Assembly (NCBI RefSeq): GCF_002113885.1
Contig: NW_018403525.1
Coordinates: 5,894-69,893, forward strand
Source of the DNA: Mizuhopecten yessoensis
Lineage: Eukaryota
Direction: 5' to 3'
Length of the DNA stretch: 64,000 nucleotides
The position numbers and the translations under genes are program-made. Below are positions 1 to 11,414 of the stretch, piece after piece (the stretch's first letter is position 1; every line of letters starts with the position of its first letter). Below the pieces are notes generated by a model. That model was not told where the DNA came from. It saw only the letters and a program-made list of their open reading frames with translations, and made no database searches.

Positions 1-2143
1 GTTTATAGAACAGTGACTACATTACGGTTATATAGGTATCTAGTGTTTATAGGACAGTTACTACAGTACGGTTATATAGGTATCTAGTATTTATAGGACA
101 GTGACAACAGTATGGATATATAGGTGTGTAGTGTTTATAGAACAGTGACTACATTACGGTTATATAGGTATCTAGTGTTTATAGGACCGTGGCCACAGTA
201 CAGTTATATAGGTATCTAGTGTTTTTAGGACAGTGACTACAGTACGGTTATATAGGTAACTAGTGTTTATAGGACAGTGACAACAGTATGGTTATATAGG
301 TGTGTAGGGTTTATAGAACAGTGACTACATTACGGTTATATAGGTATCTAGTGTTTATAGAACAGTGACTACAGTACGGTTATAAAGGTAGGTAGTGTTT
401 ATAGGACAGTGACAACAGTACGGTTATATAGGTAGCTAGTCTTTATATGACCGTGACTACAGTACGGTTATATAGGTATCTAGTATTTATAGGACAGTGA
501 CAACAGTATGGTTATATAGGCGTGTAGTGTTTATAGAACAGTGACTACATTACGGTTATATAGGTATCTAGTGTTTATAGGACCGTGGCCACAGTACAGT
601 TATATAGGTATCTAGTGTTTTTAGGACAGTGACTACAGTACGGTTATATAGGCAACTAGTGTTTATAGGACAGTGACAACAGTATGGTTATATAGGCGTG
701 TAGTGTTTATAGAACAGTGACTACATTACGGTTATATAGGTATCTAGTGTTTATACGACAGTGACTACAGTAAGGTTTTATAGGTGTGTAGTGTTTATAT
801 GACAGTGACAACAGTACAGTTATATATGTAGATAATGTTTATATGACAGTGACTACAGTACGGTTATATAAGTATCTAGTGTTTAGAGTACAGTGACTAC
901 AGTAAGGTTAGATAGGTATCTAGTGTTTATATGACTGTGACTATAGTACGGTTATATAGGTATCTAGTGTTTATATGCCAGTGACTACCGTACGGTTATA
1001 TAGGTATCTAGTGTTTATAGGATAGTGACTACAGTAAGGTTATATAGGTGTGTAGTGTTTATATGACAGTGACAACAGTACAGTTATATAGGTAGATAAT
1101 GTTTATATGACAGTGACTACAGTACGGTTATATAGGTATGTAGTTTTTATATGACAGTGACTACAGTACGGTTATATAAGTATCTAGTGTTTAGAGTACA
1201 GTGACTACAGTAAGGTTAGATAGGTATCTAGTGTTTATATGACTGTGACTATAGTACGGTTATATAGTTATCTAGTGTTTATAGGACAGTGACAACAGTA
1301 TGGTTATATAGGCGTGTAGTGTTTATAGAACAGTGACTACATTACGGTTATATAGGTATCTAGTGTTTATATGCCAGTGACTACAGGACGGTTATATAGG
1401 TATCTAGTGTTTATAGGATAGTGACTACAGTAAGGTTATATAGGTGTGTATTGTTTATATGACAGTGACTACAGTACGGTTATATAGGTGTGTAGTGTTT
1501 ATATGACAGTGACAACAGTACAGTTATATAGGTAGATAATGTTTATATGACAGTGACTACAGTACGGTTATATAGGTATCTAGTGTTTAGAGTACAGTGA
1601 CTACAGTATGGTTAGATAGGTATCTAGTGTTTATATGACTGTGACTATAGTACGGTTATATAGGTATCTAGTGTTTATATGACAGTGACTACAGTACGGT
1701 TATATAGGTATCTAGTGATTATAGGACAGTGACTACAGTAAGGTTATATAGTTGTGTAGTGTTTATATGACAGTGACTACAGTACGGGTATATAGGTATC
1801 TAGTGTTTATAGGACAGTGACTACAGTAAGGTTATATAGGTGTGTAGTGTTTATATGACAGCTACAGTACGGTAATATAGGTATCTAGTGTTTATAGGAC
1901 AGTGACAACAGTACGGTTATATAGGTATCTAGTGTTTATAGGACCGTGGCCACAGTACAGTTATATAGGTATCTAGTGTTTTTAGGACAGTGACTACAGT
2001 ACGGTTATATAGGTATCCAGTGATTATAGGACCGTGGCCACAGTACAGTTATATAGGTGTGTAGTGTTTATAGGACAGTGACTACAGTATGGTTATGTAG
2101 GTATCTATTGTTTATAGGACAGTGACTACAGTACGGTTATATG
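1..2143. repeat. 44-bp minisatellite array (runs off the window start)
   Basis: Consensus GTTTATAGGACAGTGACTACAGTACGGTTATATAGGTATCTAGT repeated head-to-tail, about 49 copies. Confidence 0.95.
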
Positions 2144-2620
2144 AGGACGAGTGCAAAGGGAGACACAACAACCAGGGTCATACGAGGACGCGTGCCTAGA
2201 GGAACACAACAACCAGGGCCATACGAGGACGCTTGCCTAGAGGAACACAACAACCAGGGTCATACAAGGACGCGTGCCTAGAGGAACACAACAACCAGGG
2301 TCGTACGAGGACACTTGCCTTGAGGAACACAACAACCAGGGTCATACGAGGACGCGTTCCTAGAGGAACACAACAACCAGGGTCATACGAGGACACGTGC
2401 CTAGAGGAACACAGCAACCAGGGCAATACGAAGACAGGTACCTAGATAGACACAATTACCAGGGCCATACGTGGGCGCGTGCCTATTGAAACACAAAAGC
2501 CTGGGTCAAACGAGGACGTTTGCCTAGAGAAACACAACAACCAGTGTCATACGAGGACGCGTGCCTAGGGAGACACAACAACCAGGGTCATACGAGCACG
2601 GTGCATCGAGAGACACAACC
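2143..2620. repeat. 41-bp minisatellite directly abutting the 44-bp array
   Basis: Unit GAGGACGCGTGCCTAGAGGAACACAACAACCAGGGTCATAC, about 11 copies, degenerate at both ends. Confidence 0.93.
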
Positions 2621-3019
2621 AGGCGAGACATATCAATCCGAGTCTCAACAGGCGAGACATATCAATCCGAATTGCTTGTAAGCTAAAAGCATTGTATGTT
2701 TTACCATAATCTATATATGCCTGCTATTTTTTCATTAATAGATACCATCCATTTGTTTTTATTATAAGATGGTAGCAGATGTAAATGTACACTGAAATGT
2801 ACACTACGGTATTTTGGAAAATATTGCGGACTTAGCTATCAATATCAACAATAAGATATAAATAATTAAAATTGCATAGTCACGAGAAGTTCTGATTAAC
2901 TTTCTTCTCCATACTAGCATCTTTGAAAAAAATATTAAACTTCTGAAAATGATATCATAATACACAGAATCGCACGACACGTTAATTAAGATTTTTACAA
3001 TGTAATTATGTTTATAACT

Positions 3020-3245
3020 GCAGGTTCGAGCCACGGCACGGCGCTGTGTTGTATCTGAGTACGTGGTCGGGAAGTGCTAGAATCGTTGAATGCTAGCTGC
3101 GAGCACCGAAATGGAAGCATCGGCTGTATGCTCCCCAGGGAGTCGAGAAAGATATTGGCCGGCCCTAAAACCACGGATAATAATTTGTGAACCGCTTTCA
3201 GACGACCTACGAATTCGGACTAGGTAATGATAAAGCGGTATATGA
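3020..3245 (+). mobile_element. tRNA-derived SINE fragment, probably Nin/Deu-domain type
   Basis: B-box-like GGTTCGAGCC, central GCTGTATGCTCCCCAGGGAG motif recalled from Nin/Deu SINEs, and an L2-like tail (GTGAACCGCTTT...GATAAAGCGGTATA). Confidence 0.6.
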
Positions 3246-3289
3246 TTACATTTAAACTGTACGTGTAATCCTAATCACTAGCCACTTAA

Positions 3290-3544
3290 ATATAATATAA
3301 ACTTTATTTATTTTACAAAAATTATGAAGCAAGTTATTTCAACTTAAATTAATCACACTTGTTGGCCCGAAGGTTAGCGCGCAGGGGTCTTAGTGTGGGA
3401 GGAAACCGGAGTACCAGGAGAAAACCCAGGTGGTCAAGCAGGTGACCCCATACCTTTTAAAGTGCGATAGGGGAACCGAACCCCGGCCGCCTTGGCGAAA
3501 GGCAGGTGCGCTATCCACTGAACCACTGAACAACCCGACCACCC
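3290..3544 (-). mobile_element. tRNA-derived V-domain-type SINE with 14-bp TSD
   Basis: Minus strand shows A box TGGTTCAGTGG, B box GGTTCGGTTCCC, central GGGTTTTCTCCTGGTACTCCGGTTTCCTCCCAC and an AT-rich tail. CACTAGCCACTTAA is duplicated at 3276-3289 and 3545-3558. Confidence 0.8.
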
Positions 3545-3558
3545 CACTAGCCACTTAA

Positions 3559-4781
3559 GGACTTTCCACCCTTCGTAATACACATGTTTTTCTTGTCGTA
3601 TTTTCGTGTCGTCATTTCCGTATCGGGCATTCCATTACCGTAGTGTAAATCATAGTAACACCGGGTAAACAATAGTACACGTGCGTGACAATGATATATC
3701 AACACCCGATATCGAGACTTAACTTGGAAATGTGTAATCACACGTACTTCAGAAATAAAGCTGATGATACAAAGACATTAATTAACTAACGGGAAAACAC
3801 TGACATACGATCAGACGACTTCAAGAAGGTCGTATATGAGGCGCATGGATGCATACTGGTGTTTTGTGTTTACCAACCTCACCTGTACGTATCAACGACA
3901 CGTGATAACAGAAGTTCACAAGCTCTTGGTCGCTTCGACTTTTGTTGTCGAGCGAGTTACGCTCTGTCAGTTAAATCGGTTCACAAATGCAATAACAATA
4001 ACTGTGTGAAAATAGTGGTTTGTAAAATATCAAGATCCCTATAAAATGCAAGTGCATGTGCGTGCACGTAATAACGGCATACCATGCGTTAGCCTAACCT
4101 GACATATGTTAATATACCATGCATGCGTAAGCGGGCTATGGAATGATGTCCAAAGTGTACATGATTGAGAGTAATTTTGTTCCATAAAAGAACAGTAAAT
4201 TGACATTTAAATATTGTAATTTAATTTATTTCGGTCGTTTTTGGAATAGTAAAGAAAATAAGTGTCATTGTATAAATTCTATCCCTCGGCAAAAAGTTCC
4301 GATTTTGTTCAAGGTAGACAACTCTCACCAGGATCAAAATTATTGTAAAATGTAAAATAAGTTATTTATACAGACTTTGTGTGTATTTGGTTCAATTTTT
4401 CACTCTTTTTGAATGAAACTATGTGTCCTGTTAGCTGTTAGCTTGTATTTAGTAACTTTTATCCATACAATTTCAATAAAAAAAACGCTTTTTGTAACAT
4501 GTTGTTGATATTTCATGATAAATAAAATATTTGTAGGGTTAATTAGCAACGTTTCTTTTCATTATTATATTGTTGTTATAGTTTTAAACAATACAACACG
4601 CTCAAAAAATGTGAAAGTGTTGAATTTGACAAAAATTCAATTTTTTGGTATTTTTTACCAAAAAATCCCCAGTTTATCGGAATGCTGAGATTTTCATAAA
4701 ATCATCTCTACATAGTGACATAACCATTATGTGAAACTTTCATTGAATTTTTCTGGCTAATTGCAAAAGGGTAGAGCCTCC
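3559..4781. mobile_element. Non-autonomous DNA transposon, TTAA TSD, GG..CC termini (Kolobok-like), copy 1
   Basis: TTAA at 3555-3558 and 4782-4785. Imperfect TIRs GGACTTTCCACCCTT / GGAGGCTCTACCCTT. A second copy lies inverted at 7481-9058. Confidence 0.75.
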
Positions 4782-5111
4782 TTAACACTCCATACAGGTA
4801 AATTGGCATACAAAGTATCATCGAGTGAAGATAACATACAGAAAATTACTCCTTTGCACTGCGCGACAGTTTCGTGAGCCGTTTTGAGGACTGTGACGGT
4901 ACTTGTTGCTGTGTATAATATATGCAGTATAGACGTCGGTCAAAACTTACTCCCAAGCCCGTTACAGATGATACACTTTCTACATAACGATTTCATTCCC
5001 TGAATTCCCTTGTCAGGTTATAGCTTATTTCCCGTTAAAATATGAATGGTTGTAAATTGGTTATAAAGGGTCTTGGGGGCAACTTTACCCTGGTATCTGT
5101 TCCCTCTTCCG

Positions 5112-5384
5112 CATCCTCGATATCCCTGGAATATGTCATAGCAAAATCGAAGGCACGGAGACAGCTGTTTGATTGGTTTCATGTAAAAAAAACTGACCAA
5201 TCGCTAGGCTGATACTTGTCCTTTGAAAATTACAGAGGAGCGACACCCGACTTCAAAGCCACTCAATTTTACCGTTACGCGACCGCGATATTCCTTTGAT
5301 GTACATCAAAGGATCAATCTAGTCACACTGAGCCTTTGATTTTACATATTCCAGGGATGCAGAGAGCAGAAATGAACGTAACCC
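5112..5384. mobile_element. CATCCTCGAT-TIR MITE, partial copy
   Basis: Same family as 29663-29953 and 30863-31583, sharing CTGGAATATGTCATAGCAAA...CCTTTGATGTACATCAAAGG. Confidence 0.75.
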
Positions 5385-5427
5385 TCACTTTGATTTTTTA
5401 TTACACTTCATTGAAGAAGTCACCTAC

Positions 5428-5557
5428 CCGCTACAGCCGTTTCCGGTAGATCTTGTGCGTCCCGGAAATGTATTTCGGTTCCAGCATCCACAAATCTAGT
5501 ACTCTCCACTGTCCCATAAAGGACTATAGCCAAACCCAGCAACACAAGGCGATTCAT
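5428..5557 (-). CDS. Candidate first coding exon of a secreted protein
   Basis: GAAAATG start context; MNRLVLLGLAIVLYGTVES looks like a signal peptide; the exon ends at a G|GTAGGT donor. No downstream exon was identified. Confidence 0.45.
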
Positions 5558-6009
5558 TTTCGAGGCATATACTGTTCGTCTTCCTTCACAGATAATATTT
5601 CTCGTTATGAACAATTTTAATGCCTATCAACTTTATAGAATCCCTTAATGGCTCATTTGGCAAACAGGATCGGTGGTATATTATTTTAACCTGGACAATT
5701 GAATCTATTATCTACCGAACTATACAGCTGTATAAGCTCAAGGGCAACTACGTAAGTGGTTGTGTTATATTAATAAGCCGCTGGCATTATTTGAAGAACC
5801 AGGAACGCTTAACACTAATGACTAAGTATATAACACAAAGGTGTACAAACATATGAAAATTATAATTCAATATCAATATGAACTGGAGATTGCTGTGGAA
5901 CACGAGGACGCATTAATAGCGAATATTTCTCACGACTTTGACTTCACGAGCACGACACGTTTAGGGTCATTTGCCAAATCGTCTCGATCAGGCTTTCAAA
6001 CGTTGAAGG

Positions 6010-6245
6010 GTTGTCGGATTGCGCAGTAGATAACCCACTCGTCTTTCACTAAGTCGATCTGGGTTCGATTCCATAATCTGACGTGAACAGGTTTAGGGTC
6101 ACCTGTCTGACTACATGCGTTTTATCCGGGTACTTCGGTTTCCACCAACATTAAGACCCTCCCCCCTTCCGTGCTAGCTTCGGAACCAACATGAGTGCTT
6201 GATATAAGTTGAATGATTTGTTTTATAATTAGTGTAAAATAAAAA
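6010..6245 (+). mobile_element. Diverged V-domain-type SINE copy
   Basis: GGGTTCGATTCC B box, then GGGTCACCTG...TCCGGGTACTTCGGTTTCC...TAAGACCC, colinear with 3290-3544. Confidence 0.7.
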
Positions 6246-6661
6246 CAGTTAATATAGCGTTGAGGTCCCAAGGCACCAACGGCTATTTCCTTTATATTTA
6301 TATCAATTAAGTAATTTGCTTAATGCAGCTATAACTTCACTTCACCTATGTCACTGAACGGTCAATATTTAGCCTACTATGAATCAATTCTTACTCACAA
6401 TTTGTTTTCTTGCAACGATTTGGAGACAATGTATTTCTAGCTTATATGCACTTATAGAGACATACGGGAGTAAGCCACAGTAGAATACAGGAGAAAAATC
6501 ACGTGGTCGGTCGGTTGGTTATGTATGGTCATTTAAGGACATGTCACGTGGTAGGGCAGGTGACCGAATAGGAGTTAACAAGTTAAGTGGTACCACAAGT
6601 CCTTTTTTTCATACAATATTCTGGTAGTGTTACATGAGTCAACATTGATTGTCTCCCCCCC

Positions 6662-6898
6662 NNNNNNNNNNNNNNNNNNNNNNNNNNNNNNNNNNNNNNN
6701 NNNNNNNNNNNNNNNNNNNNNNNNNNNNNNNNNNNNNNNNNNNNNNNNNNNNNNNNNNNNNNNNNNNNNNNNNNNNNNNNNNNNNNNNNNNNNNNNNNNN
6801 NNNNNNNNNNNNNNNNNNNNNNNNNNNNNNNNNNNNNNNNNNNNNNNNNNNNNNNNNNNNNNNNNNNNNNNNNNNNNNNNNNNNNNNNNNNNNNNNNN
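6662..6898. other. Assembly gap (N run) flanked by C tracts
   Basis: 237 Ns, with poly-C on both sides. Confidence 0.99.
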
Positions 6899-7106
6899 CC
6901 CCTCCACCTTGCCCCCTCACCACCCCCCTTGACTTGATGGCAGATATTATGAAACCTCAAACTACGTACTTCATCACCTGATGAAAGAACGTTTTTTTTA
7001 CCAACATACTTGAATATAATCTTTATGAGAAATTATTGTGGTAACGTTGATGAATTACCTCCCTTGACTTGATGACTCATAAACCTCAAGCTATGAACCT
7101 TATCAC

Positions 7107-7292
7107 CACAGGGACCTGAACATTTATGGACCTAAACTAAGGTGTTTAGAGTAATTTTACTCCACTATATATGATCATTGTAGGTGTCATTTTCACCGAA
7201 AATCGATCTGAACCCCTAAAACATGTAAAAGATACTCTGAACACCTTAGTTTAGGTCCAAATATAGATGTAACAAATGTTCAGGTCCATGTG
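7107..7292. mobile_element. Small MITE with CAC..GTG termini, inserted in a local tandem duplication
   Basis: CACAGGGACCTGAACATTT...GGACCTAAACTAAGGTGTTTAGAGTA is mirrored at the right end. It interrupts the second copy of an ATCACCTGATGAAAGAACG-containing unit. Confidence 0.65.
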
Positions 7293-7480
7293 CGCATCAC
7301 CTGATGAAAGAACGTTCTTCTTAAACAATTTTAAATAATATCTTTATGAGAAATTATTGTTGACGTTGATGGATTGCCTCCCTTGACCTGATGAGGAACA
7401 CTTGAAATATCAAGTTTACAGTCATTGTGACCACATGCGAGCCCTTACCTTCTTCAACAGACTTGGAACTTCAGACTTAA

Positions 7481-9058
7481 GGAGGGTCCACCCTTTCACA
7501 TTTAACTCGCAGAATTCAATGAAAGTTTCACACAATGGTTGTGTCACTATGTGGAGATGATTTATGAAAATCTAAGCATTCCGATTAACTGGGGATTTTT
7601 TGGTAAAAAATGATTTTTTGTTTAATTTAACATTTTCACATTTTATGAGTGCTCAAAAGTATAACAACAATAAAGTAATAAAAAGCTAATCAACCCTACA
7701 CATATTTCATTTATCATAACATATTTGTAACACGTTACACAAAATGATTGTTATTGATATTGTATGAATAAGTTAGTTATACAAGCTAACAGCTAACAGG
7801 ACACATAGGTTCATACAAAAAGTGTGCAAATTGAACCAAATATACACAAAGTCTTTATAATTCATTTATTTTACATTTTACAATCATTTTGATCCTGATG
7901 AGAGTTGTCTACCTTGAAAAAACGGAACTTTTTGCAGATGGGTAAAATTTATACAATGCCAGTTGTTTTCTTTACTATACCAAAAACGATGGAAATAAAT
8001 TAAATTATGATATTAAAATTGTCAATTTACTGTTCTTTAATTTATGGAACAAAATTACTCTCAATCATTTACACTTTCGACATCATTTTATAGCCCGCTA
8101 ACGCATGCTATATTTACATGTCAGGTACATGTCAGGTACATGTAACCATAGACTATGGTATGCCGTTATAACGTGCACGCACATGCACTTGCATTTTATA
8201 TGGATCTTGACATTTCACTAAACTGCATTTGTGAAAAGATTTACCTGACAGAGCGTAGCTACCCCGAGCTTGTGAACTAGTGATGTACAGGTGAGGTCGG
8301 TTAACAAAACACATCAGTCTGCAATTCATGCTCCTCATATACGACCTCCTTGAAGTCGTCTGACACTATGTCAGTGTCTTCCCGTGTGTTAATTTATGTC
8401 TTTGTGTCATGCGCTTTATTTCAGAAGAACGTGTGAATACACATTTCCAAGTAAGTCTCGATATCAAATGTTGACAATTCTTCGTCACGCACGTGTACCT
8501 GGTGCTACTTAGTCTCGTTCAACCAGACGCTTGATCACTTGTAATTCAAGAGTCTGGACAAACACAGTACTTTAAAATTACCATCACCAGAGGGCAGTGT
8601 TTTTACTTTCGTTTCCGGACGTTATGTCAACGCCATGAAACATTTCAATGAATATAGAAATTTATGAAAGAAATTACCTATAAATGCATTCATGAAGTAC
8701 CCGTGTATTCACTTTTATCGAGAACAATGTAAGAAAATGTGTCAAATCTCCAGAATAATGCCATATATTTCCATTAAATAAAGCATAATTAAGCACAAAG
8801 CCAACAGGGCTGAATGAAGCTGGAAAAAAGCATGCAAAGCAAGTGAGATTTTACCTGTACACCATTCAAAACACCTTCAAGATCTCACTCAGGTAATCTA
8901 TTCGGCGTAGCTTGCGCAGGCAACAAGAGTCTGGTTGAACGCGACTAGGTGCTACTATAATTTACACTACGAAATTGAAATGCCTGATACGCAATACGGA
9001 AATGACGACACGAAAATACGACAAGAAAAGCATGTGTATTACGAAGGATGGGAAGTCC
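7481..9058. mobile_element. Kolobok-like non-autonomous element, copy 2 (inverted relative to copy 1, with a nested insertion)
   Basis: TTAA at 7477-7480 and 9059-9062. Reverse-complement colinear with 3559-4781. Confidence 0.75.
8510..8947. mobile_element. Non-autonomous DNA transposon, TAG..CTA termini, 9-bp TSD (AcademH-like)
   Basis: 24-bp TIR TAGTCTCGTTCAACCAGACGCTTG (2 mismatches). GGTGCTACT is duplicated at 8501-8509 and 8948-8956. Copy 1 of the host element shows the empty site. Confidence 0.8.
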
Positions 9059-10480
9059 TTAAATCATCTGGGCCATTTTCGTTTAAACGGCCAAACCGGT
9101 CGGACCACTGTTGTTCGTTTATTAAATAAGGTCGGACCTAGCAATAATGATGCTGCTTTCAGGCGAGCCTTGATAAAGCCTTGCAAGGCCTGCATAAACA
9201 TGTGCAGGTTCGCCAGGATTTATACCCGAAATTGTTACATTTATAAACTGTCAAACCGGTTGTCTTATCCTAGTCAGCATGGATTGTCTCCCTTGACTTG
9301 ATGACGGCGACTTCGAAGCCTCATGTTACTCTGTGACCTAATGGGATCTTAAATATAAACAGTACGTCCTTCACCATCAGGTCTAGACGTATACAAGTAT
9401 TGTAGATAACATAGATAGATAATCACGTCATAACTGTCTTAAATTCGGGAAGATATCAGAACGCGGTTTATCATAGACCCAGGTTAAATACTTGGGTGTC
9501 ATTGTTTACTCATGTTGATCATAAAAAATCGTTGTTTGTTGTGACCTTTTATAAGCATTACATGGTACGTTTCCTTGTATATGTGTACCTGTAGTATATA
9601 TACCTTTGTTAATCAAATACTCTGACTAGTTTATAAGACGATGTATGTGTAACAGGGATGATTCAGAGTTGCTTCCCCTGTTACTTGTACATGATGTCTA
9701 TCATGATTGTTTTGTAATTAGTGTGATGGAACAAAATTATATCTAGATTGAGTGTTTTGTAGAATACAACTCATGCTATTATCTAAATGTATAGAATACT
9801 GTAATAGAGAATGAAGAATACAATAAATAGATCACTTCTTTTTGTACATAATGCAATATTGAATAGGCATTTAGGAATATAATGATAACGTTTGTAACAG
9901 AATTTGACAAAGTTCTAGCTTTGACCCCGAGCAAAGATAGGAATGAGTTGCTTATTACTCGTACCCGTTAGGTTCTGCAATTGACTTTTGTGTAATAGGG
10001 AATCTTTTAAGGGGTCTTCTGCTAATAAAGTCGAAGTTGTGACATTTACATTGAGAGTTCTCGTGGTAGCGTTGCCGAGAGGAACCTGGCATGGGGTGAC
10101 AGTGGGACTTGGAAAGTGGGAGAGTCCAACCCTGTGACATAGGAACCAATCCATCCAACGCTATAACGAAGTGCCACAGTACATCTGGTCTTGTCTATCA
10201 ACACTGCCGATATCGATTAAAAATGTCCTTTTCATTTATTGCAATATTTCAACATATTTTATCATAATTTATGAGTGAAAACAATCTAAGTAGCAAATAT
10301 TTTAGTCGAGTAAAGTTCCATATGAGGTATAATAATAAATGAAGATTTTCATGATTAATCCAACTCGTTGCAATAAGAATGATTCCAGAATCACCATGTT
10401 GGAGGCCACACCGTACGCCTTATGCAGATCATTGATTAAAACTGTTAATTATAGGCAAACAATATAAATGTACTATCAAA

Positions 10481-10611
10481 GTTTTACTTTCTACACAAAC
10501 AATGTACGTATTAAACGTGTCGCAACGTTTCAGTCATTGCTTGACAAAGGGAACAGTCTTGAAACGTTGCAACACGTTTAATACGTGCATTGTTTGTGTA
10601 GAAAGTAAAAC
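10481..10611. repeat. Palindrome with ~50-bp arms (possible Penelope-like terminal remnant)
   Basis: GTTTTACTTTCTACACAAACAATGTACGTATTAAACGTGT... followed by its reverse complement. A related degenerate copy lies at about 41771-41868. Confidence 0.7.
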
Positions 10612-10934
10612 CTAAATATCACATATTTCAAACTGATGAATCGAACTAAGATAATATTTCTGTACGTATGTTAAGCACTCTTAATGTTAATTCCTCTTAA
10701 CACCTAAACATGTTGTAAAATGAGAATGTAAGACTTTTATTAAAAGGAAACTGAATATTCAAACAATTTTACTCCCGTTACGTACTTACACCAAAAAGAT
10801 ATGCTTATTACAATATATTGCAACTGGAAAGTACTCAAGTTTATTAAAAACTGGAGTTACCTCCCATTACTCATAACTACCTTTCGTCAGATATATGTTT
10901 TATGTATATTTTATTGTATCATGGTATACATGTA

Positions 10935-11385
10935 TTCTGTTCCGCAACCTTCTCTTCCGTGTTATGGTCCTATAACACGGAACAGGATTGCAAACAAGTT
11001 GACTAACGCCCTAACGCACCATGGGATTATTTTTTCTGCAATCCTAAACCGTGATAGGACCATAACACGGAACAGAAATTGCCCACGGAATGTTGTCTCG
11101 TGACTTTCCCCGTAAAAAAATAGTTCGTAAAAAATATCGATACTATTTCCATAAATTAATCAATCCATAAATTTAATATTTACATTTTATAATAGTTTTT
11201 CATAAAACGGTGAATATTATTGAATCAAATGTATTGGGTTATTTTGCTTATCCACTTACTAGTGCGGAGGGGAATAGCGATCTTGCAGTTAGTAGAATAC
11301 GTGTAGATATCACTACGCCTGTGTTTTGGTCTCATAACACGGAACTGGCTATGGTAGTGTTATATAGTGGCAATGCAGAACAGAT
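10935..11385. mobile_element. Probable MITE with repeated ATAACACGGAAC motif
   Basis: Short inverted termini TCTGTTCCGCA / TGCAGAACAGA and three ATAACACGGAAC motifs. Confidence 0.4.
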
Positions 11386-11414
11386 GTAAATATACTATAA
11401 ATACCTTTTTTTTT

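Noticed and set aside
2196-2445. Short repetitive ORFs
   Set aside because: Translations of the 41-bp satellite.
3480-3544. tRNA gene
   Set aside because: The A and B boxes belong to a SINE head followed by a SINE body and TSD. There is no full cloverleaf.
6575-6981. ORFs full of X
   Set aside because: They span the N gap.
9915-10158. Overlapping minus-strand ORFs in unique-looking sequence
   Set aside because: No recognisable motif or convincing splice boundaries.
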